From contig CAMVLW010000006.1 in NCBI GenBank assembly GCA_947168445.1, positions 276 through 64,275 on the forward strand: a stretch of DNA of 64,000 nucleotides, read 5' to 3'. The notes under the pieces are model-generated. The model was not told the DNA's origin, searched no databases, and saw only the letters and a program-made list of their open reading frames with translations. A program made the position numbers and the translations under genes. Positions 12,943-21,159 of the stretch are shown piece by piece. Position 1 is the stretch's first letter. Each line of letters starts with the position of its first letter. Origin of the DNA: an uncultured Clostridia bacterium (lineage in GTDB: Bacteria; Bacillota; Clostridia; Oscillospirales; Acutalibacteraceae).

Positions 12943-13144
12943 CTACAACAGCTTTGGGGGCTGTTGTATTTGGAATTTGCCGTACAAATTCCCTGCTTGT
13001 TACAGTATAAGACACAGCCACGGAGTGTTAATTCCGACCGTTCTGCTGTGCCTTATACTGCTGATTGTAATACTGTCTTGATATGACGGCATTTTGCCGT
13101 CAATTTAAATATCGGTCTTGAAATTTGCCGTCATCGTGCCGTCA
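12943..13144. promoter_or_regulatory. Putative MOBP oriT region with hairpins and TGCCGTCA repeats
   Basis: GGAATTTG-CCGTA-CAAATTCC inverted repeat followed by CTGCTTG (12972-12999), further hairpins, four TGCCGTCA copies at 13084-13144; upstream of mobC. Confidence 0.55.
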
Positions 13145-13474
13145 ATCAAACAGTTTTAGGTCGTCCAGAATATCCTGTTCGGTTTCTTCCTGTTGCTCTG
13201 CGGTTAGTGCCGGAGCGTTTGTCATAGACTGTGGAGCGAAGTTTGCTTCTGCAAAGCAAGCCCGCATTTCCTCACGAATGATGTTTCGGATATCTTCCTC
13301 GTGCTGTTCACGGGTGATCGACTGCAAATCCACATAATCGGCAAGTGCTTCAATGATAAAGTTGTTGCGTGAATGATATCTCTTAACGTCAAGCGTTTGC
13401 ATAAACTCTGCAAGAGCACGCTCTCGGGCGTCGGTTAAATCAAAACGTACCGTCATTTTATACACGTCCTTCAT
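13142..13474 (-). CDS. ParR-like partition adaptor (RHH)
   Basis: Overlaps the 3' end of parM; MTVRFDL...SRNNFIIEAL RHH-like segment, acidic tail ending DDLKLFD. Confidence 0.6.
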   Translation of the reverse strand: MKDVYKMTVRFDLTDARERALAEFMQTLDVKRYHSRNNFIIEALADYVDLQSITREQHEEDIRNIIREEMRACFAEANFAPQSMTNAPALTAEQQEETEQDILDDLKLFD

Positions 13475-14393
13475 TCTTCGCCTCGGCTCTCAGATAAACG
13501 TCTGCAAGATATTCATAGCCTTTTGCGGCAGCGCAGATGTCGTCTATGAACTTTACACGGTCGATATTTTCGTGATAGAAATTCTTGATCAGACATCCAC
13601 CACCACCGCAGACGTAGAGCTTCATCGTGCTTTCATCATATCCGTGCTCACGCAGACGGCGGAAGATCTCTGCGACATATTCCTCCGCAATAGCGATGAT
13701 GATCTCCAAATCTGAATCGGGAATATCAGCTGTGCCCGTCTGCAACACCTCGTCAATGATATAGTCATTCAGCTCTCTGCGCGTCTTACGCATAAAACCT
13801 TCACGAATAGCGAGAGTGCATTGATAAGTGCCGAACTTCTCGGTGAACATCTTACCGCTTTGCGGCTTGCCGTTGACAAGATAAAGCGTGTTCATTGTAC
13901 CGTTTCCGATGTCTGCAACCATACTCAAACCTTTGAGCGAAGATTTGATTGGAACAACGGCAGAATATCCCTGCGGATAGATTTTTACATCACAGAATCG
14001 GATATGATAATTAACATTCCGAAAAGTAAAGGTCACACTCTCGTTCTGCGAAAGGTACTTTGCAAAATCTGCTTTCTGTCCGCTTGTCCAAGTTAGAGGC
14101 AAGCCTGCTGCGATAATCACATCCGCTTCGGTCAGTCCTTCGTCTGCAAGCTCTGTTGCGATAGCTGCGAGAGTGAGAATATAGTAATCCTCATCATTCT
14201 GCTTTTCGGGCAGAAACTCCTTGTGACCTTCGCCTATCAGATAATACTTGCCGTTGTAGGTAAGCATATCCTTTGTAAACAGCGGCTCACTTTCGTGGGT
14301 GGTTATACCGGTCTTGAAGCAATGGTTAGCGGTTTTGATGTTGCCGTAACCGTGGTCGATACCGATAATGATTTTGTCTTTGTAACTTTTCAT
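13458..14393 (-). CDS. parM: ParM/StbA actin-like ATPase
   Basis: IGIDHGYGNIKT, AGLP, IYPQG, ADIGNGT, CGGGG actin-fold motifs. Confidence 0.9.
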   Translation of the reverse strand: MKSYKDKIIIGIDHGYGNIKTANHCFKTGITTHESEPLFTKDMLTYNGKYYLIGEGHKEFLPEKQNDEDYYILTLAAIATELADEGLTEADVIIAAGLPLTWTSGQKADFAKYLSQNESVTFTFRNVNYHIRFCDVKIYPQGYSAVVPIKSSLKGLSMVADIGNGTMNTLYLVNGKPQSGKMFTEKFGTYQCTLAIREGFMRKTRRELNDYIIDEVLQTGTADIPDSDLEIIIAIAEEYVAEIFRRLREHGYDESTMKLYVCGGGGCLIKNFYHENIDRVKFIDDICAAAKGYEYLADVYLRAEAKNEGRV

Positions 14394-14511
14394 AATAAAA
14401 ATACCTCCTGAAAATAGTAAAACTGCCCTGAAAAGAGGGGGCAGTTTTCAAATAATTAATTGTGTGATTTTTGGCATAAAAATAACACCTACCGAAAACA
14501 ATCAGTAGGTG

Positions 14512-15399
14512 CTATTCGAAGCCGATGTCTGTGTTTGTTTGTTCTTGGAATTTTCTTCCGATTTTGTCAATGCGTTTCTTAACGGCGCTGTGCGTTTTAT
14601 AGCCGACCTTTTCTGCTATTTCCTGATAGGTATAGCCTTCAACACGAAGCTCCAATATCTGTCTGTCTTTTTCGGACAGCGTTGCCATAAACCGTTCAAC
14701 ATCCACCTTAGCAGCTGTGTCGCCTTCCAAGTCGATACTGTCGTCTGCCATATCCCACTCTGCGCCGTCGTGATTTTTCTTGTAATCCTCCTGAAACGCT
14801 TCGAGCGAAATCATCGGGTGCTTAGTTTTCTTATGATAATAGCTGTTCTTAAAGTCGTTTTTCTGTTGGCTATATCTATAATCGAAATCCTCAAAGCACT
14901 GGTGCTCCTTGACAACGGCGAGAATCTCGTTCATTCCGAAACGCTCCATTGTTTTCGGAACTATATCCTTCAAAACGGCATCAACATATTCGTCGCTGAC
15001 AAAGCCGAAAAAAGTTGTGGGCTGAATATCATTCACAAGGCTCTCGATCGTCGGCAGCACGCCCTCGTCCAGCATTGTCTTTATCCAGAAAGACGGTGCG
15101 TGAGAAAACTTCCAAGCCGGATGATCTCCCGAATATATTTCACGACCAACATTCAATCCCATATATTCCCATACAAGATAGTGGAAAGCGTCGTACATCA
15201 AAAGAGCAAATTGATCGCTCTCTATCAGCTCTATCTGCTTCCAGTTTGTGAACAGCTCATAGGGATAGCGTGAAATCTGAAACGGCAGCGTTCCGCAATG
15301 ATCAAGCAAAGACTTCGGCAAAAAGTAAAACAGTGGGATATATTCAGCGTTCTTGTACCGTGTGACCTTGCCGTTTTTGCGCTTGATTTTGATTGGCAT
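14512..15399 (-). CDS. Sigma-70 region-4 family protein
   Basis: LSEKDRQILELRVEGYTYQEIAEKVGYKTHSAVKKRI. Confidence 0.8.
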   Translation of the reverse strand: MPIKIKRKNGKVTRYKNAEYIPLFYFLPKSLLDHCGTLPFQISRYPYELFTNWKQIELIESDQFALLMYDAFHYLVWEYMGLNVGREIYSGDHPAWKFSHAPSFWIKTMLDEGVLPTIESLVNDIQPTTFFGFVSDEYVDAVLKDIVPKTMERFGMNEILAVVKEHQCFEDFDYRYSQQKNDFKNSYYHKKTKHPMISLEAFQEDYKKNHDGAEWDMADDSIDLEGDTAAKVDVERFMATLSEKDRQILELRVEGYTYQEIAEKVGYKTHSAVKKRIDKIGRKFQEQTNTDIGFE

Positions 15400-15580
15400 T
15401 TGTATTCATCTCCTTTCCGAGGTTAGGTGCCTCTATATTATATAGACGTTTCTACCCCTAAATTGTTCCAAAGTCTTAAAATATTTTTTCAAAAATTTCT
15501 CCTATTATAATTTTAACAAATCAGCTGTCCTATATATGGGACTTTGCTGCTAAAACACTCGTTTTTTTGTGTCATTTTAA

Positions 15581-15608
15581 TTGATATTTTTCCCGTGTAT
15601 GTTATAAT
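15581..15608 (+). promoter_or_regulatory. SigA-like promoter of the five-gene cargo operon
   Basis: TTGATA-16-TATAAT with extended -10 TG. Confidence 0.6.
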
Positions 15609-15654
15609 ATAGGAAATAGATATTTCCGGTATTTAACACACAGGAGGGATTATT

Positions 15655-16335
15655 ATGATTGGCGGAATGGTAAAAAAACTGATAATCGTTACAGGAGATA
15701 AAGAAACGGTTTATGCTGAATTGTTATCGTCGCTTATTACACTTAAGGATGACAGCATAGAAAACAATACCGTTGTAGGAATTAAAGACGGAAGTGTAGA
15801 GGCAGTTGTCTGGGACGAAAACATATATAATGATAATAAAGCTCAACTTGGCTCAAACACAAAGCTTATTTTCGTCGGTAAGAATAAATCCTCCGAAGCT
15901 ATTATTCCGAGCATTAGATTTGATAAGGATATGATTAAATACGGTATAAATGTAGGTTCAATAGGAAACAAGGCAGTATTCTATATTGAATCAAATACAC
16001 TTTTTAGTAATAAGGATTTGTATGATGATTTTTATGATAAATACATTGAATTAACAAAACGTTTTGATGATAACGTAGCAGATACTGAATCTATCAAAAA
16101 AGCAACTCACACTGATGGTATTGGAGAAGCATTTGGAAAGGGTACTAAAGCCGTAAAAGGATTGTTTGGAAAAATCAAGGGTGCACCTGCAGAAAAAGCA
16201 AAAACTGAAAGAACTGATTTCTTTAAAATCAGCACTAAAATCGAAGCAAGCAAATTGATAGCCGATCAGATGTTCAGATATGCTGTCTTAAGCTTTTATT
16301 TGGATGGACTTGCTGAATTTATGGAGATTAAGTAA
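15655..16335 (+). CDS. Hypothetical protein (gene 1 of toxin-linked operon)
   Basis: GGAGG RBS; stop overlaps next start (TAATG); no recognised motif. Confidence 0.8.
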   Translation: MIGGMVKKLIIVTGDKETVYAELLSSLITLKDDSIENNTVVGIKDGSVEAVVWDENIYNDNKAQLGSNTKLIFVGKNKSSEAIIPSIRFDKDMIKYGINVGSIGNKAVFYIESNTLFSNKDLYDDFYDKYIELTKRFDDNVADTESIKKATHTDGIGEAFGKGTKAVKGLFGKIKGAPAEKAKTERTDFFKISTKIEASKLIADQMFRYAVLSFYLDGLAEFMEIK

Positions 16336-17882
16336 TGAGTATTGCTTTTGAACAAGGGCTAAAGTTTGTTTCCGATAATATGGGTGCCGCTTTGGGTGGA
16401 CATATATCACAGCTTTGGATTGATACAATAAACAGTCAGATTGAATCCATTTCAAATGATATTATGACAAAAGTTCAATCTACTGATTTGCCTGCTGATA
16501 AGCTTCAAGGATTTGTAGCTGAATTATGGCATTCTGGAACTTTTAACGCTGATTCCGCTGTTCATCATTCTGCCGCAACAGCCAAAGCACCTGATGTAAA
16601 CACATACGCTTCCGCTGACGTGGAATTTGGGGGAAGCAGAGCCAGTTTAAAGTATTATAAGGATGCTAAAAGCTCATATGCTGCTCAATCAGAAACACCA
16701 TATGAACGATATATGCATCTTAAAGCTAAAGCAGAGAAAACCGGAAAAAGCTATGAATCGCTTGAAGAATTCCTTGGAAAAAGGAAAATCAAGAAAGAAG
16801 ATATGCATAAGTCTATGTATCAAGGTCAAGCAAAGCTTATTCCCACCAATCAATTGTTAGATGCTCAAAAACTGTTAAATAAAAAAATAGCGGTAGCGCA
16901 AGCAAACGGAAAGCTGGATCAAGTAGCTCGATACAGAGAGGTACAAGCAACATTAACAGATATTCTGTCTGATAAAAAAGGAAATAAATCAATTCCGCTC
17001 AGCAGAGAAGACGCTCAAAGATTAACAAGAGCAGCAAAAGAAGGAAACCTCGATCAAGAATTATTAAAAGAATGCGGTTTAGATATAAATCAGTTAGTGA
17101 CGGCAAAAGACATAATGAGCGAAGCCTTTTCAGCCGGGTTAAGTGCAGCAGTTATTTCTTTCGTTATAGGAATAGCTCCCACAATTATTGACGGAATATC
17201 AATGCTCGTTTCCGAAGGTGAAATAAATCCTAAGCTGTTTGCGGAGATGGGATATAAGGGCTTGAGTTCTGCTGCGAGGGGATTTATTAACGGCTCAATT
17301 ACAGCTGCGCTTGTAGCTTGTTGTCAAAGCGGCAAGCTGGGAACTACGTTGATGGGAGCAAATGCGTCAATGATTTCTACGGCTGTTGTTTTGATGATTG
17401 GAACGTTGGAAAGCGGAATAAGACTTGCTACAGGCAGAATCAATAAAGCACAAATGGCTGAGGAAATGTCTCGATTGTACATAACAACAGCCTTTTCTGT
17501 GGGCGGAGGAATCGCAGCAAGTGTGTGGTTTGTCGAAATACCTCCACTTGCCATGGCGGCATATATGCTCGGCAGCTTTATCGGCGGTGTAATTGGCGGA
17601 TTCGCCTACAATATAGGGCACAGTCTGTTTATGTCGTTTTGCGTTGAGTCCGGCTGTACTTTCTTTGGCTTGGTGGATCAAAATTACGAGTTACCTCAGG
17701 AAATATTAGATGAAATCGGAATCGATGTTTTCGATTACGAAAAATTCGATTATGAAACTTTTCAGTATGATAGCTTTCAGCTTGATTCCTTTACCCCGGA
17801 TGCGTTTGAATATGACAAATTCGGAATTACTATTATTCGTCGTGGAGTAATCGGCGTTGGCAAAATCGGGTATCAATATTGA
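16335..17882 (+). CDS. Hypothetical protein with Gly/Ala-rich hydrophobic helices and C-terminal pentapeptide repeats
   Basis: 515 aa; GFVAELWH..TFN..D..SLKYY N-terminal motif, several hydrophobic segments, six Fx(Y/L/P)(D/E)x repeats. Confidence 0.8.
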   Translation: MSIAFEQGLKFVSDNMGAALGGHISQLWIDTINSQIESISNDIMTKVQSTDLPADKLQGFVAELWHSGTFNADSAVHHSAATAKAPDVNTYASADVEFGGSRASLKYYKDAKSSYAAQSETPYERYMHLKAKAEKTGKSYESLEEFLGKRKIKKEDMHKSMYQGQAKLIPTNQLLDAQKLLNKKIAVAQANGKLDQVARYREVQATLTDILSDKKGNKSIPLSREDAQRLTRAAKEGNLDQELLKECGLDINQLVTAKDIMSEAFSAGLSAAVISFVIGIAPTIIDGISMLVSEGEINPKLFAEMGYKGLSSAARGFINGSITAALVACCQSGKLGTTLMGANASMISTAVVLMIGTLESGIRLATGRINKAQMAEEMSRLYITTAFSVGGGIAASVWFVEIPPLAMAAYMLGSFIGGVIGGFAYNIGHSLFMSFCVESGCTFFGLVDQNYELPQEILDEIGIDVFDYEKFDYETFQYDSFQLDSFTPDAFEYDKFGITIIRRGVIGVGKIGYQY

Positions 17883-17926
17883 GTTTAGTCTAAATGAATA
17901 CTGAATAATTTAGTGGGGAATGTTTT

Positions 17927-19210
17927 ATGAGCAAGGGAAAGGTAACAAAGATAATATCAGTTGTTGTAATAACAATAGCTTTGTTTCTTACAACTATTAG
18001 CGTTATGGCGGAAGAATCAGAAAGCCAGTCGGGCAATAGGTATTATTTAGGCGAGTCTGTAAAAACCGGATGGGATAACGGTTATAAAGGCGAAGAAAAA
18101 ATCACACAAGGTGATGTCCATTTCAACTGGAAGATAGGTGAATTCTACGTTGACGGTTTTACCTCTACAGTTAAAGGTGATGATGATAATCCGATTTTCT
18201 TGAAAAATGTCGGAGACAAGGTTCAGCTATGGTTCAGTTTGAAACAGAATATCGATAAACTAAATGATGATGAAAACTTATCAATATCAGAGGATAGCAA
18301 CGGCTTTGATGAATATTTCAGCGTCCCTAAAACAAATTTTGGACGTGGAACTCTAATTATTCGAAAGACCGACTATACCAACGCAAAAAGTGATCCGATT
18401 ATATATAAAGACTATCTTGCGGCAAAAGCATCTCCCGATGCAGATACAGAAGTAGAATTATGCGAGGAAGGCGATTATGAAGTAGCACTTGATTATGAAA
18501 TCAAGAACGATCCACGCAAGATTTTTGATGTATCAATTATCCCTACATATTCAAACTATAAAATATTCTTCAAATTCTCTGTCCGAAACGGTAACAGTAT
18601 GGTTTATCCGTTTGATATAAAAACCAAAGGGGAATTAAGCAACACATCGGTAACAGAAAATGGTTTTTATCTGGACTTCGCCAATTCACGCTATTTGGAT
18701 ATAAATATAAAAAAAGAAGTTCTAAATGACGGTGCAAACGGGCTTGCGGAAGATGTGCGTTTTAATCGTCCGGCAAAAGACGGGGAAAAATACACAGAAG
18801 AAGGTATTTATACCATTACTTCAAGAAATCGCTATACAGGGCAACTCACAACAAAAAGAATTTACGTCGGTAATAACAATGTATTAAAAGCGGTTGCGGC
18901 AACTGGGTTGTCAGTTAAGGAAGTGAATGATTACATTGCAAGCGGTGCAAAGGTTGAAAGTAACGGAGCTATTGTGTTAAAGACTCAAGAAGCCATACCT
19001 GTTGATGAAGAAAACATCCAACCTACTATGGCTACCGAAGATTCCGCAAAAGGAAATATCTTCACTGACAATCTTTTGTGGTTTATTATCGGCGGTGTGG
19101 CACTGGCTGTTATTGTAGTTATTATCATCATTGTTATCGCTGTAAAAAAGAAGAAAAAACCTAAGTTTGTCAATATTGAAGCATTCACAGATGATCAGGA
19201 GGTAAAATAA
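17927..19210 (+). CDS. Secreted, C-terminally membrane-anchored surface protein
   Basis: Signal peptide ending SVMA-EE, beta-rich ectodomain, C-terminal TM helix followed by KKKKKPK. Confidence 0.8.
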   Translation: MSKGKVTKIISVVVITIALFLTTISVMAEESESQSGNRYYLGESVKTGWDNGYKGEEKITQGDVHFNWKIGEFYVDGFTSTVKGDDDNPIFLKNVGDKVQLWFSLKQNIDKLNDDENLSISEDSNGFDEYFSVPKTNFGRGTLIIRKTDYTNAKSDPIIYKDYLAAKASPDADTEVELCEEGDYEVALDYEIKNDPRKIFDVSIIPTYSNYKIFFKFSVRNGNSMVYPFDIKTKGELSNTSVTENGFYLDFANSRYLDINIKKEVLNDGANGLAEDVRFNRPAKDGEKYTEEGIYTITSRNRYTGQLTTKRIYVGNNNVLKAVAATGLSVKEVNDYIASGAKVESNGAIVLKTQEAIPVDEENIQPTMATEDSAKGNIFTDNLLWFIIGGVALAVIVVIIIIVIAVKKKKKPKFVNIEAFTDDQEVK

Positions 19211-19211
19211 T

Positions 19212-20477
19212 ATGATGCGTTATATAAAAAAATGTATTGCGCTGCTTTTATCTCTGCTTATTATGCTTTCAATATTTCAAGGCTGTTCTTTACAAAAGAA
19301 AGAGTCTGTAGAATCAAAGGAAAGCGAAACAACTGCGGAAACAACTATTGCCGATTTGAAGAATAACCAAACCGATAGCGTTCCTGAGTTTGAAGGTTTA
19401 AGCGATCCACGACTCGTAAAATATATGGAAGATGCAGTATATGCTAAAGTTATTGACCATATAGATACAAAAAAATATGTTGTAGAAAACGTCGAAGCAG
19501 TATATATATCCAAAGAATATTTAGAAGAAGCTGCGTACAACAAAAAATCAAATATTTACTTTGGTTATACCAAGGATGAACTTGATAAACAATTTTCAGG
19601 TACAAAATATGTATTCACCCTTGGTGAAGATGGTAAAACAACGGTAAAAAAATTTAAACCTTATGATGATACTTATGATAAGATTCTTTTGAATGTTGCA
19701 ATCGGAACAGGTGTTATACTTGTTTGTGTTGTATTAACCGTCGCTACAGAAGGAGCAGGCGCTCCCGCAGCCGCTGCGATTTTTGCAACATCAGCAAAGT
19801 CAGGAGCGATTGCCGCTGCTTCTTCAGCGCTTATCGGCGGAACTGCTGCAGGTGTAATAACCGGAATAGAAACAGAAGATTTTGATGAATCTATGAAAGC
19901 AGCCGCTCTCGCAGGTAGCGATGGTTTTAAATGGGGTGCTATAACCGGAGCGCTTACCGGCGGTGCAAGCGAGGCTATTGCGCTTAAAGGAGCAACATCG
20001 GGCGGATTAACAATGAATCAGGTTGCTCAAATTCAGAAGGAATCAAAATATCCGCTTGACTTAATTAAACAATTTAAGTCAATGGATGAATTTAACATAT
20101 ACTTTAATGAAGCAAAGCTTACAACCGGAATGATCAACGGAAGGACAGCTTTATTACCGAAAGACACATTGAATTCAAAAGGTTTCTTGAATTTTAAGAG
20201 CAAACAGCCTGATGGCACTGAGATAACAAACCTCCAAAGGATGCTTAATGGGAATGCACCGATTGACCCGGCGACCAACAAAGCCCTTCAACTACATCAT
20301 ATCGGGCAAAAAGCTGATGGAACATTGGCGGTTTTAACGGAGTCACAACATCAAGGTAATTCACAAATACTAAATATAGCAGGTAAATCCTCTGAAATAG
20401 ATAGAGCTGCATTCGCCAAAACAAGAGAAGAATTTTGGAAGGCAGCAGGAAAACTGCTTCAGGAAGGAAGTTTATAA
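19212..20477 (+). CDS. Lipoprotein with C-terminal LHH (HNH/EndoVII-fold) nuclease toxin domain
   Basis: Signal peptide with FQG-C lipobox, Gly/Ala-rich pre-toxin helices, TNLQRM..GNAPID...LQLHHIGQK..G.LAVLT..QH...IDR..F...REEFWK. Confidence 0.85.
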   Translation: MMRYIKKCIALLLSLLIMLSIFQGCSLQKKESVESKESETTAETTIADLKNNQTDSVPEFEGLSDPRLVKYMEDAVYAKVIDHIDTKKYVVENVEAVYISKEYLEEAAYNKKSNIYFGYTKDELDKQFSGTKYVFTLGEDGKTTVKKFKPYDDTYDKILLNVAIGTGVILVCVVLTVATEGAGAPAAAAIFATSAKSGAIAAASSALIGGTAAGVITGIETEDFDESMKAAALAGSDGFKWGAITGALTGGASEAIALKGATSGGLTMNQVAQIQKESKYPLDLIKQFKSMDEFNIYFNEAKLTTGMINGRTALLPKDTLNSKGFLNFKSKQPDGTEITNLQRMLNGNAPIDPATNKALQLHHIGQKADGTLAVLTESQHQGNSQILNIAGKSSEIDRAAFAKTREEFWKAAGKLLQEGSL

Positions 20478-20480
20478 TAT

Positions 20481-20873
20481 ATGACTGATATAATCAAAGT
20501 TATAAACTCTAAAGATGGTGTTATACACGGAAAAGAAACCAATGAAAATGAAATCAAACAAGCTGAATTGGAACTCGGTTTGAGATTTGCCGATGATTAT
20601 CGTAACTATATTAAGCAATTCGGGTGTGTGGTAATCGGAAGCCGTGAGATTACGGGAATAAGTTCTCAAAAAAATTATAGTGTTGTATCAACAACTAAAG
20701 CTCAAAGGAACTATAATAAAAACATACCGGAAAACTCATATGTAATAGAACAGCTTAACATTGATGGGATCATTATTTGGCAATCATCTAACGGAGAAGT
20801 ATTCCAAACTTCACCAAATACTGCGCCGATGAAAATTGCTGATTCTTTAGTTGAATATATACAGTCACTATAA
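20481..20873 (+). CDS. SMI1/KNR4 (SUKH) family immunity protein
   Basis: EIKQAELELGLRFADDYRNYIKQFG...IADSLVEYI; 3 bp downstream of the toxin gene. Confidence 0.9.
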   Translation: MTDIIKVINSKDGVIHGKETNENEIKQAELELGLRFADDYRNYIKQFGCVVIGSREITGISSQKNYSVVSTTKAQRNYNKNIPENSYVIEQLNIDGIIIWQSSNGEVFQTSPNTAPMKIADSLVEYIQSL

Positions 20874-20877
20874 AAAA

Positions 20878-20910
20878 TGGGCGAAGGTGAAACCAATCAC
20901 CTTCGCCCGT
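20878..20910. terminator. Hairpin terminator after immunity gene
   Basis: GGGCGAAGGTGA-AACCAA-TCACCTTCGCCC. Confidence 0.75.
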
Positions 20911-20917
20911 AGAATTT

Positions 20918-20959
20918 ATATATTAATTCATTGTAGACAAATTCTTCTGCTCGATTACG
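20918..20959 (-). pseudogene. tnpV: 3'-end remnant of tnpV
   Basis: Minus strand translates RNRAEEFVYNELIY, versus RNRAEEIVLNEIIY and RNRAEEIVNNELIC in the two intact copies. Confidence 0.75.
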
Positions 20960-21159
20960 TTTAGTATGATAGCAGAAAACCTATCGATGTCCAAAATTTC
21001 ATTCAGACAAGAGTTTTATGAAATCTTATTGCTTAATTTCGTTCTTAAAATAATAACAAGCTATATTTCTTATTTAATAATCATTATTAACATATTGTAT
21101 CAAAATACTGGATGTGTTATAATATAAATTGGATTAATAGAATTTGAGGAGGTGCTCCT

